Below, one piece after another: positions 36,575-47,279 of a stretch of 64,000 bases of DNA. The notes below the pieces were generated by a model. That model ran no database searches, was not told where the DNA came from, and saw nothing but the letters and a program-made list of their open reading frames with translations. Within the stretch, counting starts at the first letter, position 1. Each line of letters opens with the position of its first letter. Source of the DNA: Octopus sinensis (Eukaryota); assembly GCF_006345805.1 (NCBI RefSeq), contig NC_042997.1:198958001-199022000 (forward strand), written 5' to 3'. Position numbers and translations under genes: made by a program.

Positions 36575-37520
36575 ATATTTCAACAACATATTAACAAGAT
36601 CTTACAGCATTAAGTGCACGGATGCATTCACACTATATAATTCGATTTCAAGAATGTCTCTGCTTCTCAAAAATATAACAGGCTGTTGATATTTTCTGTA
36701 AAAGTTTTGTAATGGAATGCATTTGATATGCACAGCAAAGTAGATGCGGATTTACGCAAGCAGATAACAGAATGCACAAGGCATTGAATACAAGAAGCGT
36801 ATTTCCTACAGATGCTGAGGATGTGTTGCCTCCTTATCTGCAGCTAACCACAAACATATAAACCCGCAAACAAGCTGCTTGTAACCAAAGTGATTTATAA
36901 ATTTGCTTGGAAACACAAATGTTGTAAACTACATGACTTTGATGTAAATAATATGCAAATGAAGTTCTCATTGGCTGTAAATGAAGAGCTCATTAAGTAG
37001 TTAGTGCAGAAGAATGATGTATGTGGATCATTTGTCAATATTATTTGTGTAATTATACGTTTTTTCCAACAATAATGGACACATTAGAAATGTTGGGATT
37101 AACCACAATAAATAAGTTGATCTCGTGTTTCCCCTAAAAAGATAAAAACAAATAAACAGTTTTGAGAATTACATTTATCACAATAAAAACTAATACAGAA
37201 AATTTTATTTGCATGGGAAGAGATTAAGTTTGCGAAAATAGTATCTAAAATATAAACAACTGCTTCCATGATTTCTGTGAAAGAAAAATATTGCATTCGT
37301 ACAGGCTTGCAAAACATTGTATGCATGTGTGTAGGGATGGGTTTGTGTTTTCTCTTCTACAATATCAGACAAATTATTGATAATTTAAAACACTACTGTA
37401 AATAAGATTATTTTGCAACCTGAAAGTGATCCATTATAAAAACGATAATTCAAAAAAAAGTATACGAAACTTTTTGTGAGTCTCTATATAACAAAGGATA
37501 TTTCCATTGTGTGTGTATGT
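36575..37520. repeat. Old locally repeated unit, copy C2 (longest)
   Basis: The left part pairs with C3 (inverted) and the right part with C1 (direct). Confidence 0.8.
37099..37274 (-). CDS. Candidate small Cys-containing peptide exon/ORF (I)MEAVVYILDTIFANLISSHANKIFCISFYCDKCNSQNCLFVFIFLGETRDQLIYCG
   Basis: Acceptor aatatttttctttcacag at 37275-76 and in-frame ATG at 37269. The frame is conserved with C1, including six consecutive third-position-only changes in NLISS(Q/H)A. Confidence 0.28.
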
Positions 37521-37677
37521 GTGTACATACACATGTTTTATGTATGTATAATTACATATTGACCATTCATTCTACTCTAAGTTCAATATGCCTTTACAAT
37601 AAGGGACAACTGCAACATATTACACCATACAACTCAAAATAAAATAAAATAGGAAAATGCTTATAAAATTTTATCCT

Positions 37678-37897
37678 CACCATCGCTTAACGTTCGTTTT
37701 CCATGCTGGCATGGGTTGGATGGTTCAACTGGGGTCTGGGAAGCCAGGAAGCTGCACCAGGCTCCAGTCTGATCTGGCAATGTTTCTACAGCTGGATGCC
37801 CTTCCTAATGCCAACCACTCCAAGAGTGTAGTGGGTGCTTTTTTATGTGCCACTGGTACAGGGGCCAGAGGGGGCTGGCATCGACTCTGATCGGATG
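37678..37897 (-). mobile_element. SINE-like family A
   Basis: catcgcttaacgttcgttttccatgctggcatgggttgg...gggtgctttttatgtgcc. Confidence 0.88.
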
Positions 37898-38046
37898 TTG
37901 GATTAATCATTAATGATACATCACAGTACTAAAATAAATACAGACAACATACCCTCACAAGTTAAAGGAGCACAAGACTTATGGTGTATAAATCTAACAG
38001 TCATATTCCAATCATGGTTGTAAAACTGTACACAAATCACATTCAC

Positions 38047-38164
38047 CTGAGTATGAAAGAGGCAGTTATTACATTGATAGCATTCCACATCCTGACAATC
38101 AGGCTGAGAAAGTCTAGAAACACTGATGAAGGGTTTATTGTTCCAAACTAATTACAAAGGACTC
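38047..38164 (-). CDS. Candidate exon with 5' UTR and start of a hydrophobic peptide MWNAINVITASFIL (ATG at 38090)
   Basis: Strong acceptor gtttttgttttcatatttttgcag and donor CAG|GTGAAT. All frames are closed upstream of the ATG. Confidence 0.22.
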
Positions 38165-38269
38165 CTGCAAAAATATGAAAACAAAAACATAGAAGCTAAT
38201 TAAAAAAATAAAACTAGAAAGCATACTTTTCAATACGACTTGACTACAACAAATGTTTTCTTTCTCTCC

Positions 38270-38278
38270 CTCCTACTT

Positions 38279-38335
<57 letters not shown>

Positions 38336-38336
38336 T
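38270..38336. repeat. (CT)n(CA)n microsatellite
   Basis: Direct inspection. Confidence 0.9.
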
Positions 38337-39056
38337 ATATTATATTGCTGTTTGTCTTGCAAGATTCTGATGTGAAACTGTGGAATAAATATTGCTGTTG
38401 TACCAGTAAAAATAATAAACTGATAGTAAAAAAGTCCATTACTATTTCTTTACTATTAATTGAACTGTCATCGCCTTTCTTTACATGTCCGTAAACTTTG
38501 CGGTGAGTTCCCTGTAGATGTTGACTTTTTTATTTTTATAGCATTTGCTTTTTGTCGGTTTGTATGTAATGTAATGTGCAAATAAAGACTAAACACTAAA
38601 AAATAAGAAAAAAGTGTATAAAATGAACAACTGCAAAGAAATTATTAAAAAGGCTACAGACGTGTAAGGAAAGACTTTGACAGAACAATCTACAACAAAG
38701 AAGCGAATTTCAATGAATGTGTGTGTTTTGTCAAGACTACTCTACCAAAATACTGCAATACACACACTCACACACACACATATTTAATTCTGATTTACTC
38801 TCATCTATCATTTATATTCTTGTGTAATGGTAGAAGTTTCCAGTGAATTCTATTTCCATGCTCATTCCTATGGTGATGGCTGAAACCAAATCCTAACAGA
38901 TGGAACTCTAGCCTCTTATTTACTAATAAACTGTGTCCGTGTCTCGTCACTTGTTCCTGCTTTTTTCCACCCAAACAAATATGTTATTTCTTAACTTGTG
39001 ATTTTCTTCCTCATTTGGTATTATATTAAATAGTGCATTATTTGGTCAAACCATAC

Positions 39057-39290
39057 CTATTTCTTAACTACCCACAAAGGGCTAAACACAGAGAGGACAA
39101 ACAAGGACAGACAAATGGATTAAGTCGATTATATCGACCCCAGTGTGTAACTGGTACTTATTTAATCGACCCCGAAAGGATGAAAGGCAAAGTCAACCTC
39201 GGCGGAATTTGAACTCAGAACGTAGCAGCAGCCGAAATACTGCTAAGCATTTCGCCCGGCGTGCTTACATTTCTGCCAGCTCCCACCGCC
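39057..39290 (-). mobile_element. Family C SINE
   Basis: Near-consensus copy ending ttctgccagctcccacc. Confidence 0.9.
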
Positions 39291-39518
39291 ATACCATACC
39301 AGTTAACAATTGTCTTTTTCGCAGAAAGCATTCAAATTTAGTAGCTGTTCCAAAATGTTCCACACACACACACAAGTAAGCAAATAGATGAAAAACAAGG
39401 TGAAAAAATAGGACATGAATGCCAAAGGTTGAGTAATATATCATCCATTAAAGCCAAAAAAGTCTACTAAATCTGTAACTCAGAGTTTCACATGACTGTT
39501 TGTCAGACAGTTGCAATA

Positions 39519-40772
39519 TATTGGGCCATTCCAATAATGTGGATTTTTTATACTTCTTTTATTTTTCAAAATTAAGATAAACATTTTTTAATCTAAAATA
39601 CACCCTCCTACATTTTCTACAATGCTCTTCCATCTATCTGGTAGACTCACAAGTCCCCTCTTCTCAAATTCACTTGTCTGTGATGAAAAATACTCCTCCT
39701 GTACTGTTCTGATCTCATCTACAAAATTTTTCTGTCCAAATGATTTTGAAGACTTCAGAATAAATAATAATCAGATGGGGCAATGTGCAGTGAATGTGGT
39801 GAGTGGGGCATTGTTTCCCATTCCAACTGCTCCAGCCTTTAGAATGTCATCCTCACTGTATGTGGCCAAACATTTTCCTGGTGGAAGAACACCTTATGTC
39901 TTGAAACCAAAGATGGTTGTTTTCCTTCTAGTACTGCTCAAGCTGCTTGCTGTAGATCTACTTTGTTATCACTTGGTTTGGGTTTAGAAGTTCAAAGTGG
40001 ACTAAACCTTTCATATCCCACAAAACAGATAACAACACCTTACATGGGTGAAGATCTTCTTTAGCCTGGGCTGCCTGTGTTTGTCCTTTTCCTACCCATT
40101 GTCTTGGGTACTTGACATTTTTATAGAGAACACATTTCTCATCACAAGTCACTATTCGGTCCAAAGAAGGTTCATTTGTGAGACTTGAGAGCAAAGAAGA
40201 GCACACATTCATTTTCTGCATGCAATTAGACTCAAAACTTTTGTGTGGAACCCATTAACCCAATTTGCTAACTTTTCTGACGGTACACAGGTACCGATGA
40301 ATGGTTGAATGATTAAATCCAAGCATCTCTGCTAGTTTCTCAATAGTTACAATAGGGTTTTGTTCCACCAAGGTTTGCAGGACATCCTCATCCTGCTTTA
40401 CAGATCTTCAAAGATGAGGCTCATCTTCTAGGCTGTAGCTTCTGGCTCAGAATTTCTGGAATCACTGTTGACACTGGCTTACACTTATTGTCCGATCCCC
40501 ATATACTGCATTAATATTCTTCGTACCTTTCATTGCGTTGTTGCCTTTATTGAACTCATAAAGCAAAATAAGCCGAATATGCTTCTTTTGTCACTTCCAT
40601 TATAGCTTTGAAAAAATAGTAGTTAAAATCAAACTGCACTCTTCAAACCTTACACTAAGAATAAGGACAAGATAAAATTACTACCTGCAAGTAGTTTCTC
40701 CTGCCCCCCCACCTCTGACTTTTAGTTCATGCAATTCAAATAAAACTACATTATTTATGGGATGACCCAATG
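39519..40772 (-). mobile_element. Near full-length mariner element with both TIRs
   Basis: Left tattgggccattcca.ataatgt (39519) and right acattatttatgggatgacccaatg (~40748-40772) are inverted copies; length ~1.25 kb. Confidence 0.9.
39588..40600 (-). pseudogene. mariner transposase pseudogene (D,D34D-type motifs degenerate)
   Basis: Minus translation MEVTKE..IRLILLYEFNKG...WVPH...DRIVTCDEKCVLY...LHP.KVLLSVLWDMKGLVHFELL...HQENVWPHT...HIAPSDYYLF*SLQNHL...DRWKSIVEN.G.CILD*, with many stops and frameshifts. Confidence 0.9.
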
Positions 40773-41215
40773 TGTGTGCGTGTATGTGTGTGTTTGTGTA
40801 TGTGTGTGTGGAAGTGTGTGTGGGTGTATTTAAGAACTTCTCTTTCAATAAGCCTTATTGTCATTTCTGTTCTAATCTGATGGGAAAATAATTTATACAT
40901 ACAGGTACCATTTAGATATATACGTGCATTTAGTTTATACAAATGATTGCTACTTTGGCCGTGCAAGGTTAAAGCATTCATAACATAAATACAGTTGAGC
41001 TCTCTTCTGTCAAGAACAATTGAAATACCTCCAGGATAAGTAATAATTGTTTCTCTTGGCAGGTGTAAAAATAATCATTGTACATTTATCTATGAGGATA
41101 ATGAAGTTTATTGTCATCTAAAAGTCGATAAATTTCTGTCATGTTTCATTCACAACTGTATTTTATTTTGCTGTCATAAAATGGGAATGTTTAAATTTTC
41201 TAAGCGCTCAGTATA

Positions 41216-41403
41216 GGCGCAGTAGTGGGTGAGTGGTAAGTAGCTTGCTTACCAACTACACGATTCTGGGTTCAGTCCCACTGTATGGCACCTTGGGCAG
41301 GTGTCTTCTACTATAGCCTCAGGCCGACCAAAGCCTTGTGAATGGATTTGGTAGATGGAAACTGAAAGAAGCCCGTCATATATATATGCATATATGTGTA
41401 TAT

Positions 41404-41450
<47 letters not shown>

Positions 41451-41667
41451 ATGTGTTTGTCCCCCCAACATCCCTTGACAACCGATGCTGGTGTGTTTAC
41501 GTCCCCGTAACTTAGCGGTTCAGCAAAAGAGACTGATAGAATAAGTGCTAGGCTTACAAAGAATAAGTTCCTGGGTCGATTTGCTCAACTAATTATGGAT
41601 TTTGTTCCACCATTTTGGCCACAGTCAAATGACTGAAACAAGTAAAAGAGAAAAAAGAGTAAAAGAG
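41216..41667 (+). mobile_element. tRNA-derived SINE family B with an expanded internal (TA)n(TG)n
   Basis: Full head-to-tail match. Confidence 0.9.
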
Positions 41668-42286
41668 TTTAAAGTTTTTTTGGAATCCATTTAAAAGAGT
41701 TCAACAATTGCTTTAGTTCCAGAGCTACTCTACAAAGAACCAGATAAACTTGATCCTAATCACAGTGTAAAGTAGGACAGGAAATGTTTATTTCATTGCT
41801 TTCTCCCATCTTAAATAAACGTAGATGTTCTAAGAGAAAGACTTGTTCTTTTAAAAAAAAAAAAAAGATAATTTCTTATTTTCTTTCACTCTCTGATTTT
41901 GATTATGTAAATAATAATTTTACGTTTCTTTCCATTTACTAAATTGCACTGCACATTTCAGTTTTTTTGTTTTCTTAAGCTACCCTCACAACCAACATGT
42001 TTTGCTTATTCTTCTGTCAAAGTTTTCTTGCATTACCTACATATTATAGTGTTAACCAAAGTTCAATAGAGATTAAAAATGTCAGAAATCCTATTTTTAT
42101 TCTACTCATCTTTATAATTTCTATTACATTTCTTGTTTTAGTTCTGGAGCTTTTCTACTAAGAGACTGATAAGCTTTTATAACTTAATCAGGAAAAAATG
42201 CAGTCAGAACGAGTCTAGTTTATTGGTTTCTCCATCTTAATCTAATACAGAAAATAGTCTAAGAGAAACCGTTTTATGTGAAAGCA

Positions 42287-42550
42287 CATCATGGCCCAGT
42301 GGTTAGGCTGTTGCACTCATGTTTGCTAAGTCGTGGGTTTGATTCCCATGCTGAGTGGTGCATTGTGTTCTTGGACAAAACATTTCCTTTCACATTGTTC
42401 CAGTCCACCTTTTGATCAATTGAGAGGAGGGGAATGTTGGCCTGTTTGCCTAACCAGTTGGGTGGCACCATTTGAAGGCTAAAACAATGCAAAGTGCATG
42501 CATTGTAACCAATGATAATGACATCTGACATCCTGGTCAGTCAAGTCACA
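42287..42550 (+). mobile_element. Family E-related SINE
   Basis: catggcccagtggttaggctg...gggtttgattccc...ttgtgttcttggacaaaac...gacatctgacatcctggtcagtca. Confidence 0.75.
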
Positions 42551-42574
42551 TTATATATAAATATATATATATAT

Positions 42575-42690
42575 GATAGATCGGTAGCCACTACACACAT
42601 ATTTTTTCTCTCCTTGTTTATTTCTGTGTTCCTTTCTGTGGAAGAGCGTAGGCTCGAAACGTTAAAGACTTTTTCAATTCCCAAGCGTTA
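42575..42690 (+). mobile_element. Penelope-type terminal-repeat fragment
   Basis: Homologous to 19925-20040; carries a hammerhead-like motif. Confidence 0.6.
42632..42667 (+). ncRNA. Minimal hammerhead-like motif with a non-canonical core (CUGUGGA)
   Basis: CTTT-CTGTGGA-A-GAGC(gtag)GCTC-GAAACGTT-AAAG: stem I CTTT/AAAG, stem II GAGC/GCTC, ACGU stem III. Confidence 0.5.
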
Positions 42691-43077
42691 TCTTTATATA
42701 TAAAAGTGAAGTTGTGTGTCTGTCTACTACGATTTAAATTCCTAACTACTCCCAAATTTTGCGATGCAGTTTAACCAAATTCGGGTATCTTATAGTCGTG
42801 ATTCATATTGAGCCCTTCTGGGTATTAGCGTGCGTCTACGATGAGTCTACGATTTAAAAAAAAATTTACCATCATATTTTTTCCATTTTAATGCATTATT
42901 TCGCTATTATATAAGGGAAGTAACTCTCTAAAATGTCTACGATGAGTCAACGATTTAAAATAAAATTTACCATCATTTTTTTCCCATTTTTAATGCATTT
43001 TTTTGCTATAACTCTCTAAAAATGCATATATAGTTATTTCCTTTACAAACCCGAGCAATGCCGGGCGATACTGCTAG
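42691..43077 (+). mobile_element. Non-autonomous Helitron (387 bp)
   Basis: A|TC 5' end (tctttatatataaaa), subterminal hairpin cccgagcaatgccggg (43050-43065), CTAG|T 3' end, no TSD, internal ~95-bp tandem duplication. Confidence 0.9.
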
Positions 43078-43444
43078 TATATATATATATATATATATAT
43101 AAAATTGAATAAGGTTTTGTAACTAATGGGGACAGCAATTGAATACCACCTGAAGAAATACAATGGGATCCCATTATACAGGTAAACTGTTGCATAATCA
43201 AATTCCTGCAAATATGAAGGACTCTGTTGTATAGAAAACATGTGTAGTGATAACTGTCCAACTGCACTCATGTTGTTATCCAATCTTATTCAATTTTATT
43301 TTCACACACAACAAATACCCAAACCAAGACTTGGAGGGATATCTTAATACTACCAGCTATTTGGTAATTCAAAGGGTGAACAAGCTCTATTTTGTACTCT
43401 GCAACATCCCTAATAGAATATATGTTATATCTATATATATATAT

Positions 43445-43652
43445 ATTTACTCTTTTATTTGTTTGTCATTTGACTGCGGCCATGCTGGAGCACCGCCTTT
43501 AGTTAATCAAATCAACCCCAGGACTTATTCTTTGTAAGCCTAGTACTTATTCATCAGTCTCTTTTGCCAAACTGCTAAGTTACGGGAATGTATACACACA
43601 TCAGTTGTCAAGCGATGTTGGGGGGGGGACACACACACATGATGATGATACA

Positions 43653-43690
<38 letters not shown>

Positions 43691-43861
43691 CACACACACG
43701 ACGTGCTTCTTTCAGTTTCCGTCTACCAAATCCACTCACAAGGCTTTGGTCGGCCAGAGGCTATAGTAGAAGACACTTGCCCAAGGTGCCACGCAGTGGG
43801 ACTGAACCCAGAACCATGTGGTTGGTAAGCAAGCTACTTACCGCACAGTCACTCCTGTGCC

Positions 43862-43862
<1 letters not shown>
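43445..43862 (-). mobile_element. tRNA-derived SINE family B
   Basis: Full-length match. Confidence 0.9.
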
Positions 43863-43895
<33 letters not shown>

Positions 43896-44053
43896 TGATT
43901 TATGGAAGCTCCTTCACAGTGAACAGTTTAAACCCAGTATAGCTGTAGTAAATGCCTATTTATGTAATTTAGGAATTGAAAATTAACTGAAATTCATGTA
44001 GTGAGTAGATGTAAGTATGTGTGTATGTATGTATCTACTCACTAATATATATA

Positions 44054-44283
44054 CAGGGTTGGCCAAAAGTAAATCAAAACAATTTAATCCCAAGATTAAA
44101 TCAAAAAACTATTTTATATGAGACTTCACTAATAAACAGACAAATCTTGAAAAAAATAAAACGGTGATTTTAACTCACAGCATTCAATTATTAAACGTTC
44201 ATAATTGGAACAAATAAATAAAATTGGATATTAAGTATTCATGGAAATTTGATTTACTGTCAGGTGACTTTTGGCCAACTCTG
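44054..44283. mobile_element. Tc1/mariner-type MITE (230 bp)
   Basis: TIRs cagggttggccaaaagt / acttttggccaactctg flanked by TA on both sides; partial copy ending at 55435. Confidence 0.88.
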
Positions 44284-44639
44284 TATATAAAGCAAAATAA
44301 CTGGAAAGCAGGAGTTCATAGTGATTCTTCTTAGACAAGTGTATATCTAATATCATAGATAAGAGACGTTGGATATTGGGTATCTGGTTCCATGTGAGCA
44401 CTAATTATCTATTATATGCCTTTTCTGTATCTATTACATACCCTTTTTTTTTAAAGGTATTCTTACCCATTAAAACACAAAAGAATAATTATTCTACCCT
44501 AATTATGCAAATTATATTTATTGTGGGCTAGATTGATGATTCTTTAGGCAGAGAAGGCTGGGGGTGATAATTTTTCACGTGGACATTCTGAGATAAGGAT
44601 TCTTCAGATGATTCTAGTCTTACACACATCTAAACTGTT

Positions 44640-45388
44640 ACTCTTTACTCTCTCTTTTACTCTTTTACTTGTTTCAGTCATTTGACTGCGGCCATGCTGG
44701 AGCACCGCCTTTAGTCGATCAAATCGACCCTGGGACTTAATCTTTGTAAGCCCAGTACTTATTCTATCGGTCTCTTTTGCCAAACTGGCCAGGCAGCAAA
44801 AACCCTGCGAGAGTCAAGTCTGTTGGTTCGAGGAGCACAACTATTCAACTCCATTCCGGTACATGTCAGAAATCTATCAGGATGCAGTGTGGAATCATTC
44901 AAATTGCAGCTGGATAGATACTTAAGCACCATTAGAGATGAACCCCATCTCCTAGGATATACACAATGAGCACAAACTGACTCAAACTCGATCCTACACA
45001 TGTCAAAATTAAACAGAGAATACAACCTGGCAACCACACCAGACTCTGAGGGTGGAGTCTTCGACTTGGCCTGAGCATGGACTCAAACTCAAATGAAATG
45101 AAATGAAATGAAATGACGGGGATGTAAACACACCAGCATCGGTTGTCAAGCAATGCTAGGGGAACAAACATAGACACACAAACCCACACACACACACACA
45201 CATATATACATATATATACATATATACGACAAGCTTCTTTCAGTTTCCGTCTACCAAATCCACTCACAAGGATTGGTCGGCCCGGGGCTATAGCAGAAGA
45301 CACTTGCCCAAGATGCCACGCAGTGGGACTGAACCCGGAACCATGTGGCTGGTTAGCAAGCTACTTACCACACAGCCACTCCTGCGCC
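44640..45388 (-). mobile_element. Family B SINE, young, split by a LINE insertion
   Basis: The consensus gccgaaccgctaagtgacgggg is broken at 44787/45115. Confidence 0.9.
44788..45114 (+). mobile_element. Jockey/CR1-group LINE 3' end with (AAATG)n tail
   Basis: KTLRESSLLVRGAQLFNSIPVHVRNLSGCSVESFKLQLDRYLSTIRDEPHLLGY..*..DSNSIL matches the LINE C-terminal motif (G..LFN.LP..IRN..G.SV..FK..LD..L..I.DEP). Confidence 0.8.
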
Positions 45389-45485
45389 TATTCTGTTAAG
45401 ACGGTCATTGCTGAAATGCATTTGAATTGCATCTCTGTTTGATCAGATTTGTTCTAGGCCTAAAAGGCAACAACAACTTCACAGT

Positions 45486-45954
45486 TTAACCCTTTCGTTA
45501 TCAACCCAGCTGAAACTGGCTCTGGCTCTGAGTACAAATGTCTTGTTTTCATAAGTTTTGAATTAAAATCTTCCACCAAACCTTAGTCACAATTTATGTT
45601 CCTAACACTAGCTTAATGATAACTAAGTTATTTTACTAAATTCTTTGTTATATTTAAAATTAATTGAAAGAAATACAGAGCATCTCAACAGAAATATGGT
45701 AGCAAAAAGGTTAACAAATGATTAATTTAACCCTTTCGATGCCAAACCAGCTGAAACCTCCTCTGGCTCTGTGTACAAATGTCTTGTTTTCATAAGTTCT
45801 GAATTAAAATCTTGCACCAAACCTTGGTCACAATTTATTATCCTAACACTAGCTTAATGATAACTAAGTTATTTTACTAAATTCTTTGTTATATTTAAAA
45901 TAATTGAAAGAAACACAGAACATCTCAAAATAAATACAGTAACGAAAGGGTTAA
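45486..45954 (+). mobile_element. Two tandem piggyBac-type MITEs, family P2 (45490-45710 and 45731-45950)
   Basis: TTAA-CCCTTTCG...aaaagg-TTAA and TTAA-CCCTTTCG...CGAAAGGG-TTAA, with a 12-bp spacer. Confidence 0.9.
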
Positions 45955-46303
45955 ATATCAAGAGCAGGCAGAAACTATACACTCACTCCTGAGACACGCA
46001 TCACACTCTTAACAACATAGGAAATAACCGTAGGCTATCAGACTGCGCTATTGTTTTGACTACAGTTTTTACAGAACCAGACTAAAATGAAGACATGATA
46101 TAAAATAATCAAGGAGTTCTTCTTTTATCTTCAATTATTCCAATCAATTAATGACTGATTATTCATAAACTTGTCGTTAAATAGAAAGTTAAGCGGTTTA
46201 ATATGCTTATCTTTCCTTTTATGTTGGAATATTTAGAGAAACAGATTTACAGTTTTTATTTAAGATGCTGTACTAGCACATACATATTGGTCCTAAAGAA
46301 TAG

Positions 46304-46448
46304 AAAACTGTCAAAGTTTTTACCCTGGAAGTGAGGAATGCAAACCAGTCATTCATCAAAACTATAGTTGTGGACCTGCATTTCAAAGAAAAGTATCATG
46401 AAGATACTGTATTCCATGAATCTTTTGCATGTTGTCCAACTTCACTAA
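46304..46448 (+). CDS. Candidate 145-nt exon KTVKVFTLEVRNANQSFIKTIVVDLHFKEKYHEDTVFHESFACCPTSL (unverified)
   Basis: 48 open codons ending at a GTAAGT donor; the acceptor (aatag) is weak. Confidence 0.15.
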
Positions 46449-47279
46449 GTAAGTTTATCATCTTGATATATAAATCTTCAAGAACTTGGTAAATATAATC
46501 CTAAGGAACATGTTATTTATAATGATTTCCTCATATATAAATATGTGTGTTACTTGGCTACAAAAACACTAGAAACATTTCTGTGGAATAAATCACTATA
46601 TTATAAATATGAATATAACAGGGTGACTCATCTTGATATTTTATTGATAGTAATTTAAAGATTCTCTTGATATCACTGCATTTATATACATTTTTTTGTA
46701 ACCTAGTTCAGCTAAAGTACAAGCATTGGTGAAATGTCAGCCAATATACAGGTTCAAATATTTGATTGATTAACACCATGGACAAATGATATGGTTTATC
46801 AAAAAGGAGAAACAAGGTCAAAGTTTGCTTTATCAAGTAAGATGTTTCCATGGTAGAATTATTATTACTTGTGGCCAATAGCCAACTGAGGAGATAAGTA
46901 AAGACTAGTGTTTTAAGGTTTTTTTAATATTTTATTAAAAAAATTTTTTTGTCTAAATTTGGTTGAGTTCGCTGGTCAAGTAAGAATGAGATGAATGAAA
47001 TTCTGACTTGCATAACAGCATTCTTTTACTATTGATATATGTTTAGTGTAACTTACACAGCTTTAGTGAAACCTATATATAGATATTGCTTGTTTACAAT
47101 TTCAACTCCAGCTGTCATCTTTGAATTAAGTTTTCCCAAAACATCCTGTATTTGAGTACTGAAACTCAGCATCAAAGTAGACATGACATACTTCAATTAT
47201 CAAAGAACACATACGCACACTATATTATGGTATGCTTTATACAGTTGTTGTTTTTTTCTCTCTGATAAATGATCCTGTT

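Noticed and set aside
38479-38502. Possible plus-strand first exon MSVNFA|GTGAGT
   Set aside because: Six codons and one donor are within chance expectation, and no matching downstream exon could be tied to it.
45987-46081. Minus-strand exon with strong acceptor and GTGAGT donor
   Set aside because: All three frames contain stops; at best it is a non-coding exon, with no other support.
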